Positions 20,490 through 32,999 of a stretch of 64,000 nt of DNA are shown here, one piece after another; position 1 is the first letter of the stretch, and each line of letters begins with the position of its first letter. A model generated the notes under the pieces. That model did no database searches and was not told the DNA's origin. It was given only the letters and a program-made list of their open reading frames with translations. The DNA lies in NCBI RefSeq assembly GCF_964204645.1, contig NC_134029.1:23244950-23308949 (forward strand), in the 5' to 3' direction. Origin of the DNA: Tubulanus polymorphus (lineage: Eukaryota; Animalia; Nemertea). The position numbers were made by a program, and so were the translations under genes.

Positions 20490-21893
20490 CCTAACAATTC
20501 CAATGTTGGTGTCAAACAAGGTTGTGTACTAAGTCCTATCCTGTTTAATTTATTTATAAGTGATCTTCCCCTTATCTTTGACAAATGTGACCCAGTTTCC
20601 TTATATGATGTAGACATAAACTGCTTACTTTATGCCGACGACCTTGTCATTATTAGCAAATCCCACTCTGGTTTACAGTGTGCCCTTAATAAACTGGCCC
20701 GTTATTGTAATACGTGGGGTCTATCTGTTAACCTTGCCAAAACTAAAATAATTATATTCAATAAGGGGGGTCGGATCATCAGCAAACTTTCTTTCTTCTA
20801 TTCAGGTTCTCCAATTGAAATTGTCAACAGCTATTGTTATCTAGGTATCACGTTCACTCCTTCTGGTAAATTCAATAATGCATGTGACCTCCTGCTTGAA
20901 CGTGCTTCTAAAGCCCTATTTAAATTAAAAACTATTAACATCAGGGATTGTGTCCCTACTGCATATTTTCTCTTTAACGGCCTAATCCGTCCCATCATCG
21001 GTTATTGTACTGAGGTCTGGTGTTCCTTCTTTGTTTCCAAGCTGAAACCCTCTAATTTTTATAACACCTGTAACTCCCTGCCCTGCGAAAAGCTTTATCT
21101 GAACTTTGGCAAATACCTACTTGGTGTCAACAAAAGGTCCGTTAATGCGGCTGTTCGCAGTGACTCAGGCCAGTTCCCCTTGCTTATATCATTTATTCCC
21201 CTGATGGTTAAATTTTGGTTTCGCCTCTGTAAATTGAATCCCGCCTCATTAGTGTATAAATCCTATCTGGACTGTGTGCAACGTATGGACACACTCCCAA
21301 ATTGGTGTTCGGGCATTTTCTCAATACTAAAATAATTTGATCTTCATGGTGTTTGGTCTAGCTGGTCTAACCATGGCTCCAACCACCCCAATAAAATTAT
21401 CAAGCTGCTCCAGTCTAAAATGTATCTTTTATATTCTTCCTCGTGGCTATTTCAAATCAACGACAGTAATTCCAACCCCAAATTAAGAACTTATAAACTT
21501 TTTAAAAAACGCTTTGAACTAGAAAAATATATAATTTCGAACTCTTTCCTTAAAAGACGCGAATTTTCCAAACTGCGTCTCGGTTCCCATCGGCTTAAAA
21601 TCAAGACAGGGCGTCACTGTCGTCCATTTTTACCAGCCAATGAGAGATTTTGCCTCTACTGTACTGTAAATAAAGTCGTTGAGGACGAATCCCACTTTTT
21701 ACTCGAGTGTCCCTCGCTTCATCCTGCCAGAGTTTCCATTTTATCCTCACTTGTATGTTTCACTGAGTTTGAGTCTTTTTGTGTTTTCGATAAATTCTTA
21801 TTTTTGATGTCTTATAACAACGGAGACCATGAAATTGCCAGCCTTGTATGTAACCTAGTTAACTCTTTATTTGCCCTCCGTTCAACACTTTGA
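20490..21893 (+). mobile_element. 5'-truncated LINE (CR1/L2-like) ORF2: RT C-terminal half and C-terminal Cys/His domain
   Basis: GVKQGCVLSPILFNLFISDL, LLYADDLV, KTK, YLG in one frame with an internal TAA at 21333; KLRTY..ERFCLYC..EDESHFLLECP. Confidence 0.9.
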
Positions 21894-22049
21894 TTCTTTT
21901 TATATTCTATTCACTTGATTGTATCGCCACCTAGTTTCCTTGCAGTGACGGTCGCGGCAGAGCGGGTACTTCTAGGGCGTACTCTTTTATGACCTCCGAA
22001 GTCTCCGTCCGAAATCTCCGGTTCGCTCCACACAAAATCCGAATCACAC

Positions 22050-22740
22050 CAATTCAATTCAATTCAATAACTTTATTGATCCTTGATGTTACATAACATT
22101 ATCGGTAGCAGAAGTACAATAAAGCAATACACAGTACAAAATATAGAAAGTGTAATACAAAAAACAAACAAACAAAAAAACGAGCACAAGAAGAGACCGG
22201 TAGGGTATACATACAATACAATTGCCTCATCCTCGCTTGCCAGGGTCCGACGACCTAGCCGAATCAATGAATGAGCTTCGGCGGGAGAGACGGTCAGGCG
22301 AGGATGAGAGGTTACCGCAGCATACAGTATACGATACAGTCATTTACATCATACAATCCAAACAGACAAAAAAAAAAACCGAACAGAGCAAGAAACAGCC
22401 GAATGATACAATCGAATTGATAGACCCGAGAGTCTACAAGGATTTCAAAATACAATCCCGTTCCGAAATAAAAGAATTTACTAGATCACAAACTATGTTC
22501 CCTATTTCGCTGTCGTTTGAATTATATGACGACAGGAAGCAAAATTGTTGCGCAGATGAGAGAGCGTCGAAATCAACGAACTCTCGGATTTTACCCAAAC
22601 AAAGAACTCAGTAAACAGTAAACAAATTCTATTTGCCACAGGGATTTTGGGACGTGCATATCTGTCTGATTCAATTTGGAGGTGGTGAGAACTGATTCTG
22701 AATTTGGTAAATTCTTTCCTCTTAACAACCACCACCTCGA
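22050..22740 (-). mobile_element. LINE 3' end remnant with (TTGAA)n tail, interrupted by a 79-bp mini-element (22228-22306)
   Basis: KRKEFTKFRISSHHLQIE..RPKIP..RIC at 22620-22740; minus-strand AATAAA followed by TTGAA repeats near 22050-22076. Confidence 0.6.
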
Positions 22741-22828
22741 CAGAAAGGAGGTTTCGGAGACTCCAAAAAGTCACGTGACCAATAAAAGAGTACGATTGGA
22801 GGCAAACGGATTCTCCGATCTGATAAAA

Positions 22829-24258
22829 GAGTTCGCCCCTAAAGTACGAAACTACGAAATTAAGAAATATGCAACGAAATTACGTAATGCAAAACGAAAT
22901 AAAGAAATGCTAAAGTACGAAACGAAATGCTCATTTTTTTCGCGGGTCCTGCTAAAGTATAAAATGTAATACGAAACGAAAATTTTGTAATTTTTTGCGC
23001 TATAGCAGCGGATTCGTGGAGCTGGCTTAAACATGCGCACCCGGTCTAGTGTGGCAGGGTTCCGTGCCGCGACTGAGTTTAGCGATGCCATCAGGGAGAA
23101 TGATCTGCGCATGCTCATATACAACTGGAAGGTAGCGATTAATAAATTACGGGTTAGAGAACGAAGTGTGCCTTAAAATATATCCTTTAGTGTTTAGGCT
23201 AAGAAATTGATACCTCGTTTCTCCTCTGCTGAGGAGCTTAAAAGTTGACCCGACCGGCCGCTAATTTACCCTGCACATTAATTTTTTCTGAGCTAAATGA
23301 TCGATACTAGACAGGTTCAGATATGTCGGCCGGTGTCCAAGAACGGGATAATCCTATCGCGGTTACAAGCTCGGTGTCGCGTGAAGCGCTTGCCTTTCCT
23401 TTCTGCTACAGTCAACCCCGCATAAGTAGTCATCGAATTAGTCGTATCATCACATCTCTCGTATAATTATTTTGGTCCCGATTTTTTTCTTCTTTAAACC
23501 TTATAAAATAATGCTTATAACTCGTACTTTATAAGTCGTATTTTCACGTAAGTCGTATCAATTATAAATTCCAAATCTTCTGATTTCATCCAAAATACCT
23601 CGCGTAAGTCGTAGCCCGATATGCCAATGATGTTTCCCCCGTCTGTTATGTTAATAATTGATACATGTGGTCAGCAGTATCGCACTGTATCATTTATTTT
23701 CCATTATCAAAATGAAATAAACTAAGATCTTTACCCTGTCTGGATTTTGCAAGGGATGCGGATTCGAAAAGAAAATTCACGGCCGGAATTTTTTTCAAAT
23801 TGCTCTTCACTACGCTGTTAAGCGGTAAAAAGATCGTCATGTAGTCCATGTGTAGGGCCTATCATTTCACTATGCTTTACCGCGTCTGAGTTCGTGGAAA
23901 TGGCGCAGCGTATTCATTATTTGTTTTTGAGAACATCCTACAAGTTTCTACTAATTGTAGACGTTCTTAAAACCTTCCAGTTTGAGAAAATAAATTCTTG
24001 AATATAGTACTTTCAAAAGATCATTTACATGCACCGCCGAGATTTTTACAGTCCCGTAGCGTTATAACGAGCTTTGACCATAGTATGGGCGTTTGTTTGA
24101 AATGTGACCATTTCGGTTCGTATTTTAGCACTACTGGCTAAAAAAATTTCCATTTCGTAATTTCGTTTCGTTTCGTAATTTCGCTCCATATTTCGTAATT
24201 TCGTTTCATATTTCGTAATTTCGTAGTTTCGTACTTTAGCAGGACCCCGGCAGAGCTC
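22829..24258. mobile_element. Element with long inverted arms built of ACGAAA repeats
   Basis: 22829-22990 CTAAAGTACGAAACTACGAAATT.. is the reverse complement of 24150-24258. Confidence 0.6.
23407..23640 (+). mobile_element. Tc1/mariner-type MITE end
   Basis: TA|CAGTCAACCCCGCATAAG.. with repeated TAAGTCGTA subterminal motifs. Confidence 0.5.
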
Positions 24259-24337
24259 ACCTCGTATTAGATTTCGATCCTTGTTGGTTTGTATTCCGAG
24301 TACCTGGTAAATTATCAGCGGATTTATCTGATACTTG

Positions 24338-24475
24338 CAGCAATTAATGTCTTTCCGTTCATTGTAAAGGGCAATTTTGATATCGCTCGAAGCTAAGCAA
24401 ATTCGCAGAGACGCCATCTTAACCAGGAAGTAACTTGCTACTTTACATGTTTGACATTATTCGACATGCGTCGAA
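24338..24475 (+). repeat. 138-bp direct repeat, second copy at 25545-25682
   Basis: cagcaattaatgtc...catgcgtcgaa, one mismatch seen. Confidence 0.9.
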
Positions 24476-24512
24476 AATGTAAAATGGAGGATGGGCACAA
24501 CCGGTCTCTACT

Positions 24513-24831
24513 CATCTTCACCCGTCAAGGGATTCGAACGCTAAAGCTGTTCCCCGAACCCCTTGACCTCACGAGTCGTTGGAGTCGCTACTAGCCGACC
24601 AGAATCCGGTCGTACCAATCACAGCGCTTGTAACAAGCGACTTTAGGCTTCTATAAGTTTTCCCGTTAAATGGACCAATCAGCGAACGTTTTACTGAACA
24701 AGGAAGTATTTCGCAAATCGATATATGACGTCATTCGCAACAGCGCCAGTAATGAAATCACGCTTCGTGAGGCCAGGGGGCTGGTGGAAGCGAGTTCGGA
24801 AGTGATACCGGACCCCTGGCAAGCGAGGCTG
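24513..24831. mobile_element. MITE family B with 9-bp TSD (AcademH/MULE-like)
   Basis: CATCTTCAC...GGCAAGCGAGGCTG flanked by GTCTCTACT (24504-24512, 24832-24840). Confidence 0.85.
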
Positions 24832-24867
24832 GTCTCTACTTGAAGATAGAGACCGGTAACCAGTCTA

Positions 24868-25134
24868 GGTTATTACAGCTATTACAGCTTATTACACCTC
24901 GATTAAAGCGAATTTTACATTGAATTACAGATTTATGCCAAATATTACTAGGTTTTATCTGGTTATTACAGCTATTACAGCTTATTGCACATTAATTACA
25001 GCGATTTACATTGAATTACAGATTTATGCCAAATATTACATATGTTTTATCTGGTTATTACAGCTATTACAGCTTATTACACTTTAATTACAGCGAATTA
25101 CATTGAATTACATATTTATGCCAAATATTACTAG
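24868..25134 (+). repeat. Minisatellite, about 3 copies of a ~90-bp unit
   Basis: ggttattacagctattacagcttatt...tttatgccaaatattac repeated. Confidence 0.85.
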
Positions 25135-26399
25135 GTAGTTTACATCAAGATCTTTATGTATTTTTGATATCATGTATATAGGGCTGTATCATGAATTGAG
25201 GCTAAATGAAGCCAGGGACTTTATTACAAATTACATGTAATATGGAAAAAACTTTAATTTTGGGACCCCATTTTGAGCCTTATATAATGAATTATGTTTA
25301 CGACCTTTTCCGAGTGATACAGGGCCTACCAAAACTTGCACGCACTGACATGCTCTACATGAAACATGTTCTTAAAATATTCTGAGGTCAAATATCCAGC
25401 CAATCAGCAGCAGGCTCGCGGATTTGACCCAAAAAATTGCATGCGTTTTTCACGTGTTTGAAAAATGCATGAACAAACATGGCCGCCATCTTGTTTCCTA
25501 GAAATGAGCCGACGCGCGCTGAACTACGATTTATTTCTCTGTAACAGCAATTAATGTCTTTCCGTTCATTGTAAAGGGCAATTTTGATATCGCTCGAAGC
25601 TAAGCAAATTCGCAGAGACGCCATCTTAACCAGGAAGTAACTTGCTACTTTACATGTTTGACATTATTTGACATGCGTCGAACACTCATGAAATTTACAC
25701 CACAAAAAATTACCGGTAAAGTGAGTATACTGAGCAAGTTTGGCTTTGATCGGATATAGAATACGTTTTTTATGAGCGATTGAAAATTTGAAGCGTGGAA
25801 AACGCTAATTATGACCCATTTTGATCACGTGACCTGAAATCCCTAGTAACATCATGGACGGGGGGGGGGGGGGGGCTAAATTACAATATTATTATAAAAA
25901 ACTGGTAGTAGCGACTTTCCGTACAATTATACAGTAGTTTTATTAAAAAAGGGATTTCAAAAATTAAATTTTGAAATTTGTATTATGAAGTTCGGGAGCC
26001 TATAGAATTGGCTGCCGAGCCGCCCCGACCTGCCCGCCCTAACGAATACTATTAAAATTTGGACGATGCATGGATAAATTTTTGGATTTTCTTCATTATC
26101 TAGGGAAATTACAGTTTCAAAGTTAGATTCAGTTGGTCCATTTAATGGGAATCGTAAAATTCAAAATTGGCTTTTGTGTATACTGTGATCATATTCATTC
26201 AATAACTGGTCTTTCAATTTTATTTCTAGTTTTGCATGAATATGAATTTAACCTGACCCCTATGTAAAGAGAATCCTAAAAGTTCATCCTGACTTGTCAT
26301 GTTTTTTCGGTCATTTAATGCGACCTTGACCAAATTTATGTAGGCCCCAACCTCACAAACGATCAAGCACTACTAAATGTATGATTTTTTTTTGCACAG

Positions 26400-27465
26400 G
26401 TTCCGGTTATACAGCAGTTGGTGGAGTACAACTAGGCGAGTGCACTACACGAAACGATTATAACTACTATGATGGTAGCTGGTGGACTCTAAAACCAAGC
26501 CGCGAAAGCAATTATTATCTCATCATTAATTTGACTGAAAATAAAAGGCTCTACGTCAGCTCGGATAGAGATAATGAGTGTGGCATGATCAGTACAGAAT
26601 ACTACCAATATAGTGACCAGCTCTGGAAATTTCAACCGAAAGATGATATTAATTTCCAGCTCATAAGTCACGATAAAAGAAGAAAACTTTACTTTAGAGA
26701 TCATAGTAACCACATTGGACTGTGTGGTAGTAATGTATTCCCATACGATGACCAGTTCTTCCATTTTATGTTCGAGGAACCAACTATATCAGCTGTCAAT
26801 TTCAAACTGAATTCAGCGAGATTTCTGCATAGACCTCCGAAGCTGATCACGCAACGCACCTTCCGCAATGGAACAAGGTATATAAACACCGCAACAAAAA
26901 TATGTATATCGCGAATATCTGAAATTTGGCTAATTTTACCCATTGAAGTTATCACCTTGGGTCATTTCAGTGAAAACACGGGGTCCCTCCCGATATATGA
27001 TATGATTAGTGACATTTCAATAGCGTAAAAATTCTGGTTTAAATGTTTTTCAGCCTAACACAAGAAGATAAACTTACCGTTACATACACCCAGTCAAAAT
27101 CACACCGTTGGTCGTATACTGGTGGATTCAAATTCAGCATTGGGATGTCCACCAGGTTCAAAGCTTCGATCCCTCTTTTTGCCGAACTAGACGCAACGTT
27201 GAGCATGGGATTCGAAACTGACCACCATTGGACAACTGAAGATGTAACTACAGAGAGCCGAGAGATGACTTTCGAATTCCCCGTTAAAGTTCCAGCGGGC
27301 AAGTTAATTACGGCTAAGGTTATGTTGCATGAGCAGGAGGCGGAAGTTCCATATGAAATGATATTTTCATTTAAAGGGTCTGGCCATATGGTGACAACGA
27401 GTGGTATTTGGCGTGGCGTCGATTCCATGCACTGTTACCGTGACGTCAGCGAAGAAGATATTTAA
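26400..27465 (+). CDS. Lectin/aerolysin-type (natterin/ETX-MTX2-like) beta pore-forming protein; exons 26400-26877 and 27054-27465; 5' exon(s) not located
   Basis: Acceptor TTTTTTGCACAG|, donor AG|GTATAA, acceptor TTTTTCAG|; joined frame FRNGTSLTQEDKLTVTYT..GFKFSIGMSTRFKASIP..W..FPVKVPAG..VPY..GIWRGV; N-terminal repeats GSWW, DQLWKF, DQFFHF resemble beta-trefoil QxW repeats. Confidence 0.8.
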
Positions 27466-27571
27466 AGGAACCTTCCGTATATCGAACGATAGCCTATATA
27501 GTCAGATACAATACACTATAAAATACATTGGATTTTAATTAAGCACTAATTAAGATATTCAAGATATTTAA

Positions 27572-27801
27572 AGGTCAAATGCAAAGCTTTTTGAAAAAAT
27601 TGAGATTTTTCATTCTAATTATACAATCGACCTCACTAAACAATAATATGTACGTGATTTCATTTTCAGCGCGATATTCGAGTAGCATAGCTGCGAAAAT
27701 ATGATTCGGATTTCATTCAAATTTTCTAGATTCAATTATCTCATTGGAATCTTTCATCTCAGAAAAAAATGAAAAAAATCTAAAACCTTTGCATTTCATC
27801 T
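27572..27801. mobile_element. Kolobok-type MITE
   Basis: TTAA|AGGTCAAATGCAAAG ... CTTTGCATTTCATCT|TTAA. Confidence 0.65.
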
Positions 27802-28365
27802 TTAAGTTTTCAATTTAATTTAACTTTAATCGCTGATCGTTTAGCAAACAAACGGGAAGCAGGAAATTAAAATTTTGCTCATGAAGCCTGTATTACGGCG
27901 AAACCTTATGACGAATAAAAAATTACTTAGACTCTAAAAATTACTTAAAAGTGTTTTTTTATTTATTTATTATGATATCGTATGTCTGAAAAACGGAGAT
28001 CGTAACCTCCACCCTCACTTCCACGCCAACATGTTAAACCTAGGGTTTACCCTCGGAAACCGACCCGAAAGTCTGTTTTTAAGTACAATTGGACCTTATA
28101 GGGGTAGGCTATATTCCGAACTAGGGATACTGGGATCGGTTGTACTTTGCAAATCACGAAATGTCCCTTTATTTCAAGAATGGAAAATAGGCTACAATGA
28201 TCTGATTTCTGGATATAAGTGTACAAAAGCGACTGAACAGTTTTGACCAGTCCCCCAGCTGCTGTTAGCAAATTCGCAGTGTTGAACTGGATTTTTCAAA
28301 ATAACCTCAGACGTTTTTAAAACGGATCTTCTTTCAAAACGCATCTAATCAAATGAATAAATAAA

Positions 28366-28763
28366 TCGGATTTCAGAAAACAGATGTCAGCGTCTGGGAG
28401 CTCTTCTTCACGCTTCTGTTCCACAAAATCCTCGTCGCATTCAGTCTTGGTTCTAAACTCCACAAACTGAAACACATACTCAGTCTCAAGCATATCGTGG
28501 GTATGGTCATTCTATTTTCGACGATGTCACCATTAGGTGGGATCATATCGACGGCGCTCTCCGAAACGGTCACCGAATCACACCTGACCGAAGCGATTCT
28601 TGTCGGATTTGCAACCGGCAGCTTTTTGTACGTGACATTTTTTGAAATGTTGAAATTCGATGGAACGAAATTGGGCAACATAATAAACTGTTTAATGGTG
28701 ATCATCGGATTCGGCATCATAGCGCTCGAACAGTACATTACAAAATCAGTAATAGGGAAATAA
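28366..28763 (+). pseudogene. 5'-truncated duplicate of the ZIP transporter (C-terminal ~131 codons)
   Basis: Matches 10889-11286 except one synonymous AAG/AAA change; N-terminal 209 codons absent. Confidence 0.85.
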
Positions 28764-30491
28764 AACTGCGGCGATGGAACTTTTACGAGAATGGACTTGG
28801 CGATGAAATATGTAAACTAAACAATTTATCATTGTACATAAATTTGATATTACTTGTTGCCTAAGTGACGAAAGGTCGTTTAACGATATAAGTCTATTTT
28901 GTTTCAAGACATTATTTCGGTTGAAAGCCAGAAACTATACAAAAATACTTATGGTTTACTGTTAAGATTCTGTTCGGGGGTCGTTTGGTAGAGAGTTAAT
29001 AGGTTTAATATATATCGTACGTACATGTTTGTAATTATTATAAGTGATCTCGTTTGATTCAGGGAATCCGTACGTTTTTTTGTTTTTGTTGCATCTTAGA
29101 TATGCAGAACTGACTTTAAGAAAGATAATAAATATAATGGTTTTAAGAAAATTTCAATCTATACAAAACGTTTTGTCTTTGGTCTGGACAGATGCCCTCT
29201 AGGAATCATTCAAAGCATGTAATGACCGCTTAAAGTTTACAATACACGGCATATTCCAGACACAAATTTATTTCAAAAGGATTTGTTTATTCATCGGAAG
29301 ATTGCACATTCCATGTGTGCAAGACAATTGCAGTACTGAAAAAGGCAGAAGGTTTTATCAGGGAAGTGTGACACTTCCCTGGTTTTATATACTCAAGTAC
29401 AAATATAACCCATTCAAAAATTATCAGGACTCACATGTTGTAGGGAAGGATAGGGTCGATTCAGGGAAGGATGCAACCCCAAAATTGGGCACGCATCATA
29501 TGATTTAGAAAGGAAACCCGAAAAAAAATCATCGGAAAACTTTGGAAATACGAGGACAAGCGAATTTTAACTTTTTTAGGTATCGGTTTAACATTTTTAA
29601 TTTTCCCGTGAAATTTCACGGCAACTTGAATATTCTAGGGGGTGCGTACCTCCTGCAATCTCCCTTGGATCCATCCCTGCACTAAATTCGTTAATTTGCA
29701 TAAATATTGGCGCCAAAGGCTTGAAAAATAACTTGTGATTTGCTTTTTTATGTTGGAAAAAAACTATTTTTCTTTACCAGTGCTAGACAAAATAAACCGA
29801 TTAAGATCTTTCGAAATCATAATAAATAACCCCTTATATGACTCCTATCTATCTTTTGATACATTGTAACAAACTTGTCAAACCCGCTTTTCAATCATTA
29901 AGATATAGATAACAATGAGCAAAGTACAAAAGCTTATCACGGCGCTTTTGACTAATATCCAATTTTTCGTAATTTTCCGACCCGAAAGCAACACTTTAAA
30001 AAATTCACCGGTGTCATTCATGTCTTAGAGAAGATTATGCGTTTAACCGAAAAGAAATTGTATTTATTTGATCAAATAACCTCCCCCCACCCGGCTCGGC
30101 GTTCATGCTCTCATGGCGCTACATAACGTTAGGTGGCGAGAATGCGTTGACATGCATTCACCATGGAAAATTAGAGCGCTTTAGATAATTTTTCAAATAT
30201 AAAATCGGTTTAAAGTAAATCTCAAGTTAATTGAGCTGATACTTAACACAGAGTTAACTATGACTTGCGACGTGGAACCGGGTCCACAGTTCCCGTAATT
30301 CATGAATTCTTTTTGATGATCGCAGCGGGTAGAATGATGGATAAACCTCCCTAAACGCCGTGGTCATTACGTACGTACTACACGTATAGGTTGTAAACCT
30401 CTAAATTTAGATTCACCCAGTCCTAGACTTGGATCGTACACCTAAACATGTACTATAAGACGAATATATCGTTTTATAGTCCGTGGCCTAA
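28366..30491 (+). repeat. 2.1 kb direct repeat, copy 2
   Basis: Colinear with 10889-13021. Confidence 0.95.
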
Positions 30492-31314
30492 ACCACTAAA
30501 CTATAGCTTCGGTTCTTGGTGAAAAAAAAATTCATTGTTATACATAAGTTGACGGAAGGTTTTTGATAAATATACATATATTCTTCATATACCCGCTGTG
30601 TCTGTCCTTGTTGGAAAACAACAAGTTTTAGATTTCGCGATCTATTATTTTTCAGTTTTTTATTCGGGGACGTACATATTCACACGTAGTTCTGCGTCTG
30701 TTTTACGGCGGTCCGAACTAATTCTAACTTAAGTTGTTCTGATTGAAAAAAAAATCCACTGCGCTTTTCATCATCTCATCATATACCCACCTTACAACGT
30801 GTTGTCAAATTTCCCAACGGACTGCGCAGTTAAAGAATCGTCTTGAAGCACGGTAGACACGACATTGGCTATTTTAGCTGCCATTTTGATAAATAATTGA
30901 TAGTAATTGCATTATTGTTTTTTAATTAACATAGTGCCAGGTTAAATTATTGATTGCAATGTAACCGCGGTTGCTGAGCCGACTTGTCTTTGGTCGTCAA
31001 ACGTAATTTCCCCACGGTATCCGCCATGCAGGTCATTTTGAAAAAATATGCCACACAAGTCGCTCTGCTCACTGACGACTGGAGAATTTCAAGTGTTCAC
31101 CACTAGGTTTTATGTTTTCAGCACAGCACAAGATTGTTTTTTGTTCTAGCTTGTATGCGTAACATACCAAATAGGATTCTAATTTTATTCTCAAAGACTC
31201 GGACAAACAAAATATCCTTTTTCCTTCATTTTATCGTGAAAATAATTTTTGTGTTATCAAATTTACCACATGAATCTATCACATGAAATCTTGCAACTAC
31301 AGTAACTTCCTGTT

Positions 31315-31570
31315 CAAGGGTGGAGCCAGGATTTTTGGAAGAGCCAGGGTACTGAAGGGCACCAAAGTAATCGCGAATGGCCCCCAGAAGATTTTAAAAT
31401 GTTGGTGTTCTCCGAGGCTATTTGATGAATATCTCATGGCCGCCATGAGGGAATAATTCGTATTCCTATATCTAAAAAGAAAAAAAAATTGTTTCCCTAA
31501 AAATTCTGAGGGCACCTTAAAGGAGTTAGGGGGGCTAGTTTCTCTGCCCCCTCCCCCGGATACGCGCTTG
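31315..31570. mobile_element. Degenerate hAT-like MITE
   Basis: CAAGGGTGGAGCCAGGATTTTT ... CCCCCGGATACGCGCTTG ends. Confidence 0.45.
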
Positions 31571-32846
31571 TTGTTTTCTAAGGAAATGTGTATGTGGGGT
31601 ATAAGTTAACAGTACGTTACTTCAGTTTTAGCTTGAACTGCCATGTGATAATATGTACAAGTAATTTGTATCTGGAAACGCGTAATAAAGGTCTTTTTCA
31701 TAGTTGGCAGTCATGCGGCAATCTGGCAGACATTTCTGTGATATTTATTGCCGTCATTTGAATGAGAAATTCACTTTTCATGTCTCATGTTGTCACATCA
31801 GTATTGGCACCGGGTCGCCACGGTTTCTCTAGCAATGACTTCAGAGATTGACCAATTGTTACATTGTTTACGGGCTCAGCATCGATCTTTGTGCGAACAT
31901 AGAAACCTGTTGAGTTCAAACGGGTCTGGTTTTTTGCCTGACGTTTTCTACAATTTCTTCATTGAATGCAAGCCAAACTGTGATTATCTTTGAGATAATG
32001 TTAATGTGTGGATCAGTGTTGTATAGTGCTCGATACTAAATTCTGATGATAGATTGACCTGCGATAGTCTCGGACAATCTTGAACCGAATATTTAACCTA
32101 CAATTAAGATACTAATTTCGCAAAATTCATCGATGTAATTAGATTAGTTTAGTTTGGTAACAAAGTCCATTTGAAATTATCTATTTAGCCTAATAGATGA
32201 CCTACGCTCTACCGACGGGTTCGAATATGATTGTGACTTGTTGCTGAAATATTCCAACATCTTCCCCATTAAGGAGGCGAACATTTCATCGGCCACAAGC
32301 GGGGTGAAATGTTTTTTTATGAAGTGCATTTTTGGACGCATGACTCTATACTTTTAGTGGCGCTTTTAACGACATTGAGCAACTGTCATCGACACTTGAT
32401 GAATCGCGCGTGGAATGTTGGGTGAGAGAGAGAGCGAGCTCTAAGTTTGTTAGTGACAACATCACATGCCTCGCTTGATGACTGTCTCCGTATCTACTTG
32501 ATTTCTCTATCGACAATTAGGACGAGTGTTCGACCGTCAATGCCAGCTGATCGTGCCGTTATACCCGACTAAATTGCGTGTCATTGCGCTACTGACATTC
32601 CGCATGCGTCTTTCGGCAGGTCGTGACGTGGCCTGCCAATAATTCCCTATTCATCTTCCCTGTATTCGATACAGATTTACATTATTTTTCTTCAAATAAC
32701 AAATAGATATAATACATCTTCAGGCATTCCGTAGACCTACAATTAAAAAGACCCACAATTATGATTAAAAAAAAGTAACGTTATATGTTTTGAAAATTGC
32801 TCATAGAATTGAGTCGGAACGTCACTCTCTCTCTCTCTTAGTTTCT

Positions 32847-32999
32847 TTTGATAATAGGGAAGTTTCCAGTTTCCAGGCGCCATTTTGAGGCGGTCCCACG
32901 GGTCCCGCATTGTTGGACAGATTTTAACATTTTTTAATCTAAAACCTCTAGCGCGCCTCAAAATGGTGCCTGGAAACTGGAAACTTCCCTATTATCAAA
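32847..32999. mobile_element. MITE with ~45-bp near-perfect TIRs; partial copy at about 16430-16500
   Basis: ATAGGGAAGTTTCCAGTTTCCAGGCGCCATTTTGAGGCG ... CGCCTCAAAATGGTGCCTGGAAACTGGAAACTTCCCTAT. Confidence 0.8.

Noticed and set aside
24046-25624. Two ORFs beginning MASLRICLASSDIK as paralogous genes
   Set aside because: Artefact of the 138-bp duplicated transposon segment; the downstream translations are unrelated or low complexity.
26090-26280. Upstream exon(s) of the toxin gene
   Set aside because: Candidate AG..GT segments either contain stops or do not match the phase-1 acceptor at 26400.
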